From NCBI GenBank assembly GCA_009859145.1, contig VRVR01000001.1:487636-551635 (forward strand): a DNA stretch of 64,000 bases, read 5' to 3'. The stretch comes from Andalucia godoyi And28 (Eukaryota; Protista; Jakobida). Below the pieces are notes generated by a model. The model saw only the letters and a list, made by a program, of their open reading frames with translations, was not told the DNA's origin and searched no databases. Position numbers and translations under genes: made by a program. Positions 9,867 through 22,432 of the stretch are shown here, piece after piece. Position 1 is the stretch's first letter. Each line of letters opens with the position of its first letter.

Positions 9867-11171
9867 ATGGAGACAGAGCATATGCACACGCATTCGACGC
9901 TTGTTTCGTATACTGGAAACGGCCAAGATGCATCCTTTTTGCAATCGGCTCGGCTCGACGACTCTCGAGATGTGGACGTGTCGCACATGAATGCATCGTT
10001 GACAGCGTCCGACTCCGAGGCAAATGAGGCAAATCGCGAGGTCCAAGCGCGAGTCTCGGATCGGCGGAATCTCATTCTTAAGAAACTGAACAGAACGCTG
10101 TCGCTGCAGTTCAATGTCGCTGCGTTTGTGCGAAAGGGTGGTCTGGAAGAGCTTGCAAAGGCTCTTGAAGACCGCAACAAGATTGTCCGGATGCGTGCAT
10201 TGCAGCTCTTTGGAAAAGTTTGTCTGTGTTTTCCCCAGCATGTTGCGCAAGTGCTGCTTTCCGAGGCGCATATCCGGAGCTTTTTGGCGTGTGCAAACGA
10301 TTCTTCACGGAATGTTTCCTATGAGTTCTCGCTGTTGTTGCATATTCTGAGCAGAAATATCGATGGACGAGGCCTTCTGCTCAAGAGAAAGCAACAGGTC
10401 ATGGAGATTCTTGGAGGTGCCCATGGACTGAAGTCGCCTGATAAAGCCGTACGGTCTTCCATGCTTGCAGCCACGCAGGGCCTGATGCGCAGCGGTGACT
10501 GGAGAAATGTCATATCCGAGCAGAAGGGTCTCAAGGAGTCCATTGCGCTGATCCACGAAATGGAAATCCCGGAGCTCCACAGTGCATCTGGAGAGGTCGA
10601 CGCAGTACGAGCAGAAATGGTTTTGGAGACTGTGTGCCACGGAGACGAATCTGTGATTCACAAGCATCTCAAAGAAGCGGACACCCTTCTTTTGAACTCG
10701 GCTTCCAAACTGAGAGACGTCACGTCACCCGACTCTGCTGCGCATCCTCTTGCGAAGGCCCGAGCAAGGTCTTCCTCCAACGCATCAGGGACAGGATACG
10801 ATGGCGGGTCGCATTTCAAAAAATCGTCGAGGAATGTTGCTGTTCTGCGTGAAAAGGCATTGGCCCGAGAACGTTCTGAACAACAACAGCAGCAGCAACG
10901 AGTTGGTGCAAGCGACGATGAGGGCACGGAGGAAGAGATGATTGTGGACGACGACGAGGATCCTGCGTATGCCCCGTCTGATGTGGCGGATGATCCGCGA
11001 GGTGGTAAGAGCGAGGGGAAGGGCAGGGGAAGGGGCAGTGAAGCGATGTCGGCCGCTTCGAAGTCCAAAAAGAGAATGCTTCTGCCAGCTACATCTGCAA
11101 ACCGCGCGAGAAAACAAGGGCGGTACGGGTATTCCCCTGTGTCATACCCCTCAGATGACCAAAGCGAGTAG
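9867..11171 (+). CDS. ARM/HEAT-repeat protein with a disordered acidic C-terminus
   Basis: Helical repeats such as GGLEELAKALEDRNKIVRMRALQLF and LKSPDKAVRSSML. First plausible ATG at 9867. Confidence 0.65.
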   Translation: METEHMHTHSTLVSYTGNGQDASFLQSARLDDSRDVDVSHMNASLTASDSEANEANREVQARVSDRRNLILKKLNRTLSLQFNVAAFVRKGGLEELAKALEDRNKIVRMRALQLFGKVCLCFPQHVAQVLLSEAHIRSFLACANDSSRNVSYEFSLLLHILSRNIDGRGLLLKRKQQVMEILGGAHGLKSPDKAVRSSMLAATQGLMRSGDWRNVISEQKGLKESIALIHEMEIPELHSASGEVDAVRAEMVLETVCHGDESVIHKHLKEADTLLLNSASKLRDVTSPDSAAHPLAKARARSSSNASGTGYDGGSHFKKSSRNVAVLREKALARERSEQQQQQQRVGASDDEGTEEEMIVDDDEDPAYAPSDVADDPRGGKSEGKGRGRGSEAMSAASKSKKRMLLPATSANRARKQGRYGYSPVSYPSDDQSE

Positions 11172-11621
11172 GAGGAGGAGGAACGAATGTTTTATTTGTC
11201 TGTCCGTTTTGTTTCTGTTTTGCTTGTTTGCTTGCATTGTCTCAATCGATGTGGATGTCGGTCTGTATGATAAAGTGTCTACGCCTACTTTGTGTGCTTT
11301 AAGTACTTTGCGCACCAAACACACGCACACATGCCCAAAGCCGTCCGCGCTGCAGTTTCACGTGCCATTCCAAGACAGCTGTAGTGGGTAAATGAAAACC
11401 TTCCGCCATTTCTGACTGTCTCAGGGCAAAAATGCCCGCAGCCTTCTCCCCTCAAGCCCTGTTTGCGGTCATGCATGCCTTCTGACCAGATTTTTTGCGG
11501 TTTCAGCGCATTTTGGTCTCCTTCTTTGTTTCCAATGTTTCCGTTCGTTTTTCTTATTTTCCACCCTTTCCTTCTTCCCTGTTGTGCCAAACGAGAAAGA
11601 AAACAAACACACACACACATT

Positions 11622-13190
<1,569 letters not shown>

Positions 13191-13466
13191 GATAATAAAC
13201 TTGAGGGAGCAACGTGGTCGACATGCCCATATTATTTTCCCCAAACACCCCCTGGATCCAGCTGCCGTAACAGAAAAACACAAACCTCGGTCCGTTATCT
13301 GAAAAGTTTCCCGCAATTTTCTGTTGCATTTTGGTTTTTGTTTGCTGAAATTCAGCTTTCTTTCAATTCAGAGAAAACAGAATTCACAGTTTTTTGTTTC
13401 TGATATTACTATTACTATTACTATTACTATTACTATTACTATTATTATTATTATTATTATTATTAC

Positions 13467-13497
<31 letters not shown>

Positions 13498-13551
13498 GCT
13501 GCTGCTGGAGCGAGCGCGTGCGTGTGTGTGTGTGTGGGTTTTGAACGGAAA

Positions 13552-16500
13552 ATGTCGCGAGTTGATGCAGTTATGGGATCTCTTGCTGAAGTGTTTAATC
13601 GAGTGCAAGAGTCGTCGGCGACCCACGGAAAATCCGTCAAGGACGTTCTGTCCGTGCGCGCATCCTTCAAAGACAATGGACAGTTTCGCAAAGTTCTTCT
13701 TGAGTTTTTCAATCGAATTCTTGCGACGGAGACGACTGGTGCGACGATGGATCGGCTGCAAAAGTTCTGTTTCATGCTGATTTCAAAGCTCGATTCGGAA
13801 GACTATGAAGAGTTCCTTGCGTATTTTATTCAGAAGAGCGGGTCCAAGGAAAAGGTGGTTCGGTTTCGCGCATGCCAGATGGTTGCGGGTGTTCTCGACA
13901 ACTTGGGCCTCGAGGTTGAAATCGGAGAGGAACTTTGGGAAAAACTCCAGGACATGCTCAAGCTTCGGCTGTATGACAAGGTTCCGGGGGTCCGCGCAGC
14001 TGCAATCCATGCTGCGGCACGATTGCAGAATCCAGCCGATGATGGATGCCCGATTATGGCCATGCTGATTGACTTGATGCAGCGGGATAATGCCAAGGAA
14101 GTGCGAAAGGCAGCGTTGTATCGCGTTTGCATTTCGTCAAAATCACTTTCAGCAATACTAGAAAGAACTCGTGACAAGTCAGACGACGTGCGAAAGGCCG
14201 TTTACGCGGTTGTTCGAAGCAATATCCGGGTTCGGCAGCTTTCCATTTCGCAGCGCGTACAGGTGATCATGAATGGGCTTCGGGATCTGAACGATTCCGT
14301 CCGGAAAGCCGCCACAGACATGATTCACAGATCGTGGATCTGCGGAGGCGGCGGTGCAGACGAGCCGTCCGATGCATTGGAATCCATTGCAGAGGCTTCC
14401 GCCCATTCCATATTTCCGTTTCTCGGGCTGTTGAACGTCAAAGATAACGAAGCCGCTGCGGAAATGGTGCTGCACACAGAGTTGAAGACATATCATGCAA
14501 GCCATCACATGATGACCGTACCGGATCCCAGAAAGATGAGTGCAGAAGAGGCGATTGCACTGCGCTGCCGCGTGGAGTTCCTGGTCCGAACCGGCAACGA
14601 AGAAGGTTTGGACGCCCTCATTCAGGATGTGCCGACTGTGCTGGAGTGGCTTAATTCTGCAGCATCGACGCGGACATCATTTGTCATGCTGCAGATGATC
14701 AAAATTCTCAAAGTACTGGATCTTTCTGAGGCGTCCGCTCTTTCTCAGGTATTGCAGTTTTGCGAATCCCGAATCACGGACATGAGCACCGACAGCATGC
14801 TCATTCCGCCGATCATGGAGGTCTACCACAAGTCTCTCCACCAGCTGTCCTCCGACCTTTCCGATCAAGTGCGGCGGGTGGCTGAACATCTGTCCATTTT
14901 GTCGGATCCCATTTCCACCGAAGCATTGGAGGAAATGGCAATTTTGAAGCAGCAGCAAGACAAGAAATTGGACAAATTGAAGCAAAAGAAGGTGCTGTTG
15001 GAACGAGAACAAAGTCGCGCAGTGTCTCGACAGGATTTCCGCGATGCTGAAAAATACAAACTCGAAATATCGAGTCTTGTCGATGAGATGCGCAAGCTGA
15101 ACGTCGAAGGATCCAGTATGTTGAATGAGACGGCGATCCGGCTGCGTTGCGTCACAATTGCCTGCTCGGTGATGGAGAACATTGACGATACAAGCCTGGG
15201 CTCCTTGGATGTTTTGCGCGGAATCGTCACGCACCATGTTTTGCCCGTGATTGACCACCAAGATGTGGAGATTCGCCAGTGTGCAGTCAAGGCGCTTGCA
15301 TTGTTTTGCTTGTTCGACGGACAGGTGATGAAGGACCATCTCGAACTGTTTGCGCAAATCGCACGAGAAGAGGTCTTGCCGATCCGCCAGACTGCGGTTC
15401 AAGCGTTGTTTGACTTTCTGTTACGCCATGCATTCCTTTCCAATGACAACAGCAGTGTTCTATCGATTATTGAAACATTGTCACGATTTCTGCGCTTTGC
15501 AGACGATGGCGTCGACGAGTCTCTGTTCAGTGCGACCGTGGTGGGGTTCTGCAAGTTGTATCTATACAACAGACTCAATTCACGAGTGATTCTTCAGAAG
15601 CTTTTGATTTTGTTTTTCCATCCTGACACCCAGGAAATGGACACCGTCAACCGGTGTCTCGATTCGTTCTTCAGCGCATATTCATTCTCGCACCCCAAAC
15701 GGCAGCTCGTCATTGCACAATGCGTGCAGCCTGTTTTGAAGGCGGTCGTGGATCTTCCTGAGCTGGATGCGACGAACATGATCAACCTCCTTGCAGCACT
15801 GACCGACGAAGCACAGCTCATGAACGGCCCCGATGCCACCGCATCGTCCTCGCCACATGACAACTTGGCGATTTCGCTGTTGAATGAAATCGTCATGGAT
15901 ACCGATTCGGATGCTCCCGAGGACGACCCTCAGCTCAAACGCAAAGTCACTCTGTATGTGCGCATGCTGAACCTGTTGGAGATTCGGAAGGAGAATCGCG
16001 GGTCCGTGCGTGTCATTCAGACCCTCTCCGACCAGTTTGAGCAACAGGATGGATCCCGCTTTATTGACAAGTTGCAGCGAAAGATTTGGACGACTGTTGC
16101 ATCTCGGGTTTCTCGTATCAACACGGACAATGTTGATGTGGATTCCGATACATTCCGAGAAGTGCTTGACCAAGCTGCGCATGTGCTGACTCATGTCTCT
16201 CAAACCGCTGACCAGACTCTGACGTACTCTGCATTTCGTCCAAAGAAGGCAAAATCTCGGATTCCCGCTGCGGCAGAAGAACCAGTCAAGAAGTTGACGC
16301 GAGCTACTACTGCGAATTCCAAGGAAACAGCAAAGCCCAAGAGTTCCGCTGCAAAGGGTGCGAAAAAGACAGCCAGTGCGAAGCCTCCTGCGAGACGTCA
16401 GAACGCAGTCGACGAAGACGACGAAACAGAAGAGGACGATGAAGATGAAGACGGCGATGATGACAGAGGAGTGGAAGGCACTGAAAAGGATGCTGATGAA

Positions 16501-17253
16501 TTCAAGAACCTGGAGGCCGAGATTCACGAGCAGCAGAATAAGGAGAGCCGAAGAGTTTCGGGACAGAAGGCCGGTTCCAGATCGTCGTTGCCGGTTCGTG
16601 TCCGCAAAGACGAAGATGAAACAGAGTCCGAAAATGACGAGGTTCGATCTGTTTCCTCTGTCTATTCAGACGAAGAAGGGAATCGGTCGCAAGTGTACAC
16701 GAAGGCCATCAACATTGCGCACGTCGACGCGCTTTTGGAATCTTCAAGAGAAGAAGATTCGGACATGGATTTCGACTCGGACGAGTCAGACGATGTGCCC
16801 GCTCGTTTTGCTGCCCGTGACAACGCAGGAGCATCCAGTGTTTCCTCTTCGAAAGCAGCTGTACCTCCACCCAAGAAGACCTCCTCTGCTTCTGTGGCCG
16901 GGAACACCAAGAACGCCAAGCTCATGGAGTATGTCGATAACTTGCTTTCTGATGACGAAGAGGAGCAGGAGGAAGAAGAAGAAAAGCCGGAAGCGAAAGT
17001 TGCTATGAAATCAAAATCCAAAGCGCCCTCGAAAGTAGCTGCGACAAAGCCTTCTGCGAAGCCCGCCACTGCAAAGCAACCAGCAGAGGCATCAAAACGT
17101 GGCCAGGGATCGAGAAGCAAGGCCAGTCCTCCTCGTGCATCCGCGGCAGCAGCTTCTCGTGCACGAACATCTCTAGCGAAATCATCGTCCAATGCAGCGC
17201 GAAATGTCATCAACGCAATCGATCGGCTGCTGGAAGACTCGGATTCCGACTAG
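13552..17253 (+). CDS. NCAPG: Condensin complex subunit 3 (CAP-G/Ycg1)
   Basis: HEAT motifs KVVRFRACQMV, RLYDKVPGVRAAAIHAAARLQ, DNAKEVRKAAL and ERTRDKSDDVRK, plus an acidic/basic disordered tail. Confidence 0.9.
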   Translation: MSRVDAVMGSLAEVFNRVQESSATHGKSVKDVLSVRASFKDNGQFRKVLLEFFNRILATETTGATMDRLQKFCFMLISKLDSEDYEEFLAYFIQKSGSKEKVVRFRACQMVAGVLDNLGLEVEIGEELWEKLQDMLKLRLYDKVPGVRAAAIHAAARLQNPADDGCPIMAMLIDLMQRDNAKEVRKAALYRVCISSKSLSAILERTRDKSDDVRKAVYAVVRSNIRVRQLSISQRVQVIMNGLRDLNDSVRKAATDMIHRSWICGGGGADEPSDALESIAEASAHSIFPFLGLLNVKDNEAAAEMVLHTELKTYHASHHMMTVPDPRKMSAEEAIALRCRVEFLVRTGNEEGLDALIQDVPTVLEWLNSAASTRTSFVMLQMIKILKVLDLSEASALSQVLQFCESRITDMSTDSMLIPPIMEVYHKSLHQLSSDLSDQVRRVAEHLSILSDPISTEALEEMAILKQQQDKKLDKLKQKKVLLEREQSRAVSRQDFRDAEKYKLEISSLVDEMRKLNVEGSSMLNETAIRLRCVTIACSVMENIDDTSLGSLDVLRGIVTHHVLPVIDHQDVEIRQCAVKALALFCLFDGQVMKDHLELFAQIAREEVLPIRQTAVQALFDFLLRHAFLSNDNSSVLSIIETLSRFLRFADDGVDESLFSATVVGFCKLYLYNRLNSRVILQKLLILFFHPDTQEMDTVNRCLDSFFSAYSFSHPKRQLVIAQCVQPVLKAVVDLPELDATNMINLLAALTDEAQLMNGPDATASSSPHDNLAISLLNEIVMDTDSDAPEDDPQLKRKVTLYVRMLNLLEIRKENRGSVRVIQTLSDQFEQQDGSRFIDKLQRKIWTTVASRVSRINTDNVDVDSDTFREVLDQAAHVLTHVSQTADQTLTYSAFRPKKAKSRIPAAAEEPVKKLTRATTANSKETAKPKSSAAKGAKKTASAKPPARRQNAVDEDDETEEDDEDEDGDDDRGVEGTEKDADEFKNLEAEIHEQQNKESRRVSGQKAGSRSSLPVRVRKDEDETESENDEVRSVSSVYSDEEGNRSQVYTKAINIAHVDALLESSREEDSDMDFDSDESDDVPARFAARDNAGASSVSSSKAAVPPPKKTSSASVAGNTKNAKLMEYVDNLLSDDEEEQEEEEEKPEAKVAMKSKSKAPSKVAATKPSAKPATAKQPAEASKRGQGSRSKASPPRASAAAASRARTSLAKSSSNAARNVINAIDRLLEDSDSD

Positions 17254-17356
17254 GACGCATCAAAGATTACCGCTTGTTTCGTTCATTTATTTAAAAAATA
17301 AAAGCGTGCGTGCCTTCATATTCACTTGCTTACTCAGATACACACACACACACAAC

Positions 17357-18169
17357 TTACGCAATTGTCTGTGAAAAGTACTCCTCGGCTTCGACATAGT
17401 CGTCCAGACGGCCGACATCGATGCGCTCCTCAACGTGCAGTGCGGAGACTCGGTCGTTCTCCTGGAGCCATCCAATGAATCTACCGGGTGCATCTCGTTC
17501 CTCGCGCCTTGTAGTCTTTTGCAAGTACACGTCCACCAAGTCGAGAGCGTGCGGCCGAAGCAAATAGAAACACGGCGAGGCAAACCGGGAGGATGTTTCT
17601 CTTGGCGAAGGCTTTTCCAGGAAATTAGTTACCAGGTTTTCATTCGCCGCGTCCACCTCGATGATTCCCGTTTTTCGAACTTGCTCGTCGCTGTGAACCT
17701 CATAATATAAGATGACGGATCGTTCGTCGTGAAACGCGTCATAGAATCGCAGAACGCGGCCAAAATCAAACGACCTTCCAAACAGCGTATCGCCTCCAAT
17801 GATGAGCAATGCATCGCCACCCAGCTTCATCGTACGGATCGCCAATTGCAGATCGGTCACTGCGCCCAATCGAGAATCATTGTCGACTGTCATGTCATTC
17901 ACGACATTCGTCGTGCTTGGAATTCCATGGTCGTCCGCCCATTGAGAAATCATTGTGTGAAACTTTGCATTTGTCACGAGATAAATGTCAGTCGCAGAAA
18001 AGCCAAATCGAACGAGCGTGTCGAACCAATAGTCAATAAGCGGCTTTCCCGCTAATGGAAGCAGCGGCTTTGGAATCCCAATCAGATGCTTGTATGTCCC
18101 GCTCTCATCCGTCGCGATGTCCTTCTCTAAACGCGATCCATACCCAGCAGCAAGAATCAGCGCTTTCAT
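17357..18169 (-). CDS. Sugar-phosphate nucleotidyltransferase (NTP_transferase family)
   Basis: MKALILAAGYGSRL, PKPLLPLAGKPLI, GGDTLF, FLEKP, PCFYLL and DAPGRFIGWL. Confidence 0.85.
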   Translation of the reverse strand: MKALILAAGYGSRLEKDIATDESGTYKHLIGIPKPLLPLAGKPLIDYWFDTLVRFGFSATDIYLVTNAKFHTMISQWADDHGIPSTTNVVNDMTVDNDSRLGAVTDLQLAIRTMKLGGDALLIIGGDTLFGRSFDFGRVLRFYDAFHDERSVILYYEVHSDEQVRKTGIIEVDAANENLVTNFLEKPSPRETSSRFASPCFYLLRPHALDLVDVYLQKTTRREERDAPGRFIGWLQENDRVSALHVEERIDVGRLDDYVEAEEYFSQTIA

Positions 18170-18665
18170 CACTGCAATCCAATCTTGTCCAAAGATCCTA
18201 GATCCTCCACTCCCCGCCTTCACTCTTCACCAAAATACTTTTGCGTATCAAATATGTATGTGTATGTGTGTGTGTGTGTGTGTATGCATATATATGTAAA
18301 CAGTTTAATTTAAACAAGAAAATACGAGACACTCTTTGTGTTCTTTTTATTCACCCTGTTGGACTACAGTAGATGAAGCCGGTGGGAACTGTTTCGCTTC
18401 CTTCACAATCCAAAACAATCCCACAACCGCCATCCGCAATCCATGCACGCTCCATCCACCCTGATTGATTTCTGCTCGCGTTTTTTTTCTCGTTTTCCCT
18501 TTTTCGTTTATGCTTCTCTTCTCTTTTGTTGTGTTGTGTTGTGTTGTGTTGTGTTGTGCTGTGCTGTGTTGTGTTTTTCGTCTTTTTTTAATTTTATTTA
18601 TTTTAAATTTCAAAGTTGCTGTCAAAAGTTATTTGTAGTGTCTTTCTGTTGTTGGGTTTGAATCC

Positions 18666-21431
18666 ATGGCGGAAGCAGTAGCTGCAACTTCGGTTGTTGT
18701 CGATGTTTCTGATGCAGGTGCAGGTAAGCCGGTTGTGACTGCAGAGACAGGTCGCGAGTTTCTTCAGCGAATGAAGTCGGAGCATCCTGACGGGCTCTCT
18801 ACTGCCGAGGCACAGCAGCTTTTGGTTCAGTATGGACCAAATGCACTTCCCGAAAAGATCGTTCCTTTGTGGCGCCAGGTTATGAAGCATGCTTGGGGCC
18901 GTGAGGCGTGGCGTCCGGATCCGATTCCAGTGATGCTTTGGTTTGCCATGATCATTTCCCTTATTCTGGAGGACTGGCCCGACTTCGCAGTCATCTTTAT
19001 CTTGTATTTTGTGAATGCGTCACTTGCGTTCCACGAGGAACGCAAGGCTGGAAATGCAGTGTCGGCTCTCAAGTCTGCTCTTGCTCCCACGGCGACTGTC
19101 AAGCGTGATGGGAGGTTCGATGGAATCCAAGCGCGTGATTTGGTTCCGGGAGATATCATCAAAATGAAGATTGGAGATGTCGCAACCGCAGACTGCGTGC
19201 TTTTAGAAGGCGGCGAGTGCGCAATGGATCAGTCATCGCTGACTGGCGAGTCCATTCCGTCCAGTAAGAAGCCTGGTGATACATTGTACTCCGGAACGAC
19301 TCTGAAGCGTGGCGAGGTGTATGCGTACGTATGGAAGACTGGAGAAAATACAGAGTTTGGCAAGACGGCTTCGTTGATTGCGTCCGTCGAAAACCAGTCG
19401 CGATTCCTCAAGATCCTGAACGGAATTACAAACTTCATCTTGGCTGTTGCGCTGCTGGTCAACTTTGCATTGATTGCTGTGGATCTTGAGCGCTCTCAGA
19501 ACATTTTGATTGTCATCCAGCGCGCGCTCGTGCTGTTGGTTGCTGCCGTGCCCATCGCCACTCCTCTCGTGTGCACTGCTACCATGGCAATCGGCGCAAG
19601 GAAGCTTGCTGAAGAAAACGCAGTTGTCACGCGACTTGCAGCCATCGAAGAATTGTCATCCATGACCATTTTGTGCTCGGACAAAACTGGTACGTTGACC
19701 CTCAACAAGCTCCAGCTCGACGAACCGTGGCTGCTTCCTTTGGATCTCTCTGCTCCTGCTGCACCCAAGGCAGACACGTCATCCCCAGAGGACAATGTCG
19801 CCGCTCCTGAGGAACTAGTCCGACCGGGACATGTCTTCAGCAACAACGAACTCATCTTTGTTTCAGCACTTCCCACTGTTAGCGTCGATGCGGATGCCAT
19901 TGATACTGCTGTTCGAAACTGTGTAGTAAGCAACCCCAAGCTTGGACCGGAGTTTGCAAAATACGAGCAGACCGAATTCATTCCTTTTGATCCATCCAAC
20001 AGACGGACTACTGCCACGATCCGGGCACCAAATGGAACTGTTTTCCGCGTGTGCAAAGGTGCACCAAAGATGGTTCTTGCAATTTCAAAGAATGCAAATG
20101 CGGATGCTGCGATTCCCATCTTGGTGAAGAACAAGGAGAATGAGTATGCCGCCCGTGGTCTTCGTTGCTTGGGCGTTGCAATCGAATACGATGTGGCAGA
20201 GAAGACTGAGGGAAGCGAGGATGCAAAGAACTGGGTTTTCCTGGGCCTTATTGCGATGTTTGATCCTCCTCGAGTGGACACTGCGTCAGTCGTTTCTCGT
20301 GCTCACGAACTGGGAGTGGCTGTGAAGATGATTACTGGAGATGCACGTCCGATTGCGATCGAAACTGCTCGCCGTCTTGGCATGGGTCTCAACATCTTGC
20401 CTGCTGAGCATCTCCACGTGCCAAACGACACCAAGGAGCATGTCTATGATTTGTGCTTTAATGCTGATGGTTTTGCCGAGGTTTTCCCGGAAGACAAGTT
20501 CAACATTGTCGCCATTCTCCAGAAGGACGGATTGAACACCGTTGCCATGACTGGAGATGGTGTGAATGATGCTCCCGCGTTGAAGAAGGCCAATGTCGGC
20601 TTTGCAGTCAAGGGCGCCACTGCTGCAGCGCAGGGTGCTGCCGATGTCGTTTTGTTGAATGACGGTCTTTCGGTTATCATTGCCGCGATCATCCGCTCCC
20701 GCAAGGTGTTTGAGCGCATGAAGAACTACGCATTGTATCGTATCAATGTCTCTTTCTCGCTGCTGTTCTTCTTTTTCATCACCATTGTTTTCATGAATTT
20801 GTCGCTTCCTGCAATTGTGGTTGTGCTGCTGGCACTGATGTTAGACGCGGTGGTGCTCGGAATTTCAAAGGACTTTGTTCGCCCCGATGACATTCGCAAG
20901 CCTTGCTTCTGGGATTTGCCAGTTGTTCTGTCGGTTTCCGTTGCCATGGGTCTTCTGTCCGCTGCGCTGTCTGTTCTGGTTTTGATCATTTTCCGCCAGA
21001 AATACATACTCCCGTACTCTTACACGGATCTTGAGGTCATGTCCATTGCGTTTTTGCAGATTGCACTGCTGAATGAGATGGATGTTTTCATTGCTCGTTG
21101 CAGATATGCCTTCTTCACCAAGCGCCCCGGCAAAGCACTGACTGCTGGTTCGTTCGTCGGAATGATTGTTGTTACCCTTCTCGGTGTGTACTGGCCGTTT
21201 GGCTCTGGTATGGAGCCGGCTGGTTGGGCTGCGGCCGGCCTTGTTTGGGCATTGTGCATCATCTGCTGCATCATTCTGGACCTTGGAAAGTTGCTTGCAT
21301 ATGAAATTGTGTTTGGAGCGAGACACTATCACGAGGAGTCTCTCGATGACACCAAGAGATCGGTCCGCATGCGCATGTCGAAGCTCTACACTCCCAGTCC
21401 CATGTCTGCAGATACTGTTACCAAGATCTAA
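18666..21431 (+). CDS. PMA1: Plasma-membrane H+-ATPase (P-type IIIA)
   Basis: LTGES, CSDKTGTLT, KGAP, DPPR, MITGD and TGDGVNDAPALKKA motifs with multiple TM helices. Confidence 0.93.
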   Translation: MAEAVAATSVVVDVSDAGAGKPVVTAETGREFLQRMKSEHPDGLSTAEAQQLLVQYGPNALPEKIVPLWRQVMKHAWGREAWRPDPIPVMLWFAMIISLILEDWPDFAVIFILYFVNASLAFHEERKAGNAVSALKSALAPTATVKRDGRFDGIQARDLVPGDIIKMKIGDVATADCVLLEGGECAMDQSSLTGESIPSSKKPGDTLYSGTTLKRGEVYAYVWKTGENTEFGKTASLIASVENQSRFLKILNGITNFILAVALLVNFALIAVDLERSQNILIVIQRALVLLVAAVPIATPLVCTATMAIGARKLAEENAVVTRLAAIEELSSMTILCSDKTGTLTLNKLQLDEPWLLPLDLSAPAAPKADTSSPEDNVAAPEELVRPGHVFSNNELIFVSALPTVSVDADAIDTAVRNCVVSNPKLGPEFAKYEQTEFIPFDPSNRRTTATIRAPNGTVFRVCKGAPKMVLAISKNANADAAIPILVKNKENEYAARGLRCLGVAIEYDVAEKTEGSEDAKNWVFLGLIAMFDPPRVDTASVVSRAHELGVAVKMITGDARPIAIETARRLGMGLNILPAEHLHVPNDTKEHVYDLCFNADGFAEVFPEDKFNIVAILQKDGLNTVAMTGDGVNDAPALKKANVGFAVKGATAAAQGAADVVLLNDGLSVIIAAIIRSRKVFERMKNYALYRINVSFSLLFFFFITIVFMNLSLPAIVVVLLALMLDAVVLGISKDFVRPDDIRKPCFWDLPVVLSVSVAMGLLSAALSVLVLIIFRQKYILPYSYTDLEVMSIAFLQIALLNEMDVFIARCRYAFFTKRPGKALTAGSFVGMIVVTLLGVYWPFGSGMEPAGWAAAGLVWALCIICCIILDLGKLLAYEIVFGARHYHEESLDDTKRSVRMRMSKLYTPSPMSADTVTKI

Positions 21432-21748
21432 AAGAAAAAGAAACGCGGGGGGAGAGAGGACAAATTCGGAAATACCCTTCACAAGAAAACAACACAATAA
21501 TGATGAAAACGAGAATTTGCATTTCTGTTGATTTTGTTATTATTATTATTATTATTAATAATGATAAAATGGCTTTTTATATTTTACGGCGGACACGACA
21601 TGCATCAACTTGAAATCGAAACAGAAAAGGGAAAAGGAAAAAGAGAGAGAGAAATAAAACAACACCTTTTCTTCTTATATAACACATATTTTAAAAAACA
21701 GCAAAAAAAGGTACGCAGAGAGAATAAGACGAGATATCTGAATCAAGA

Positions 21749-22432
21749 ATGAAGGCAAATTCTGTTCCTGTAGCGTCCGTTGTGCGCCGATTCAACAACC
21801 TGTTGCTATCAGCCGATGGCCGTGACAAGTTCTATCGTATTCTGCAGTATGTGTCACGTTTTCTTGGGGCAGCGCTTCCCAAGACGTCTCAGTATGCAGC
21901 TGCATTTCAGAGTCTTTCTACTGCGATGGCTGAAACACGGCGTGTTCTTCGTCTATTCCGGTTCTTGTCGGACGGTCTGCGGATTGTCGATTCTGTGCCG
22001 AAGCTGTTCGTCCCGGCTGCATCGAGTGGCAGCGACGGTGGGAGTGGTGGTGGCGATGGGAAAGGAGGAAAGCGCCGCGTGAAGCTTGACATGCCACTGC
22101 TGATCTCGCTCATTGGTGCGTTCTGTAATGGAATGTACATGCTAATCGAGTCGATCATGATTCTTGAAAAGGCGCGGTTCATCAAACTTAATGCAGCCGC
22201 CTGGAACCGTCTGGGAAACTTCTGCTGGTTTGCATCCGTGATCTCGGGGCTTCTCGTCGAGGCCATCAAACCATTAAAGGCAAAGTCTGTCCGTCAGATT
22301 GTGAAACTCATCTTCGACGCTCCAATCGCTTACAACCTCTCGTTCCCAGCCGGATTCTCTCTCAAACTCACAGGCGCTCTCGGAACAGTCTCTTCATGGT
22401 GCATGTTCCTCGATGTATGGGACAAGGCATAG
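21749..22432 (+). CDS. PEX11: Peroxisomal membrane protein PEX11
   Basis: DGRDKFYRILQY...AETRRVLRLFR N-terminal signature and C-terminal GALGTVSS TM segment. Confidence 0.88.
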   Translation: MKANSVPVASVVRRFNNLLLSADGRDKFYRILQYVSRFLGAALPKTSQYAAAFQSLSTAMAETRRVLRLFRFLSDGLRIVDSVPKLFVPAASSGSDGGSGGGDGKGGKRRVKLDMPLLISLIGAFCNGMYMLIESIMILEKARFIKLNAAAWNRLGNFCWFASVISGLLVEAIKPLKAKSVRQIVKLIFDAPIAYNLSFPAGFSLKLTGALGTVSSWCMFLDVWDKA

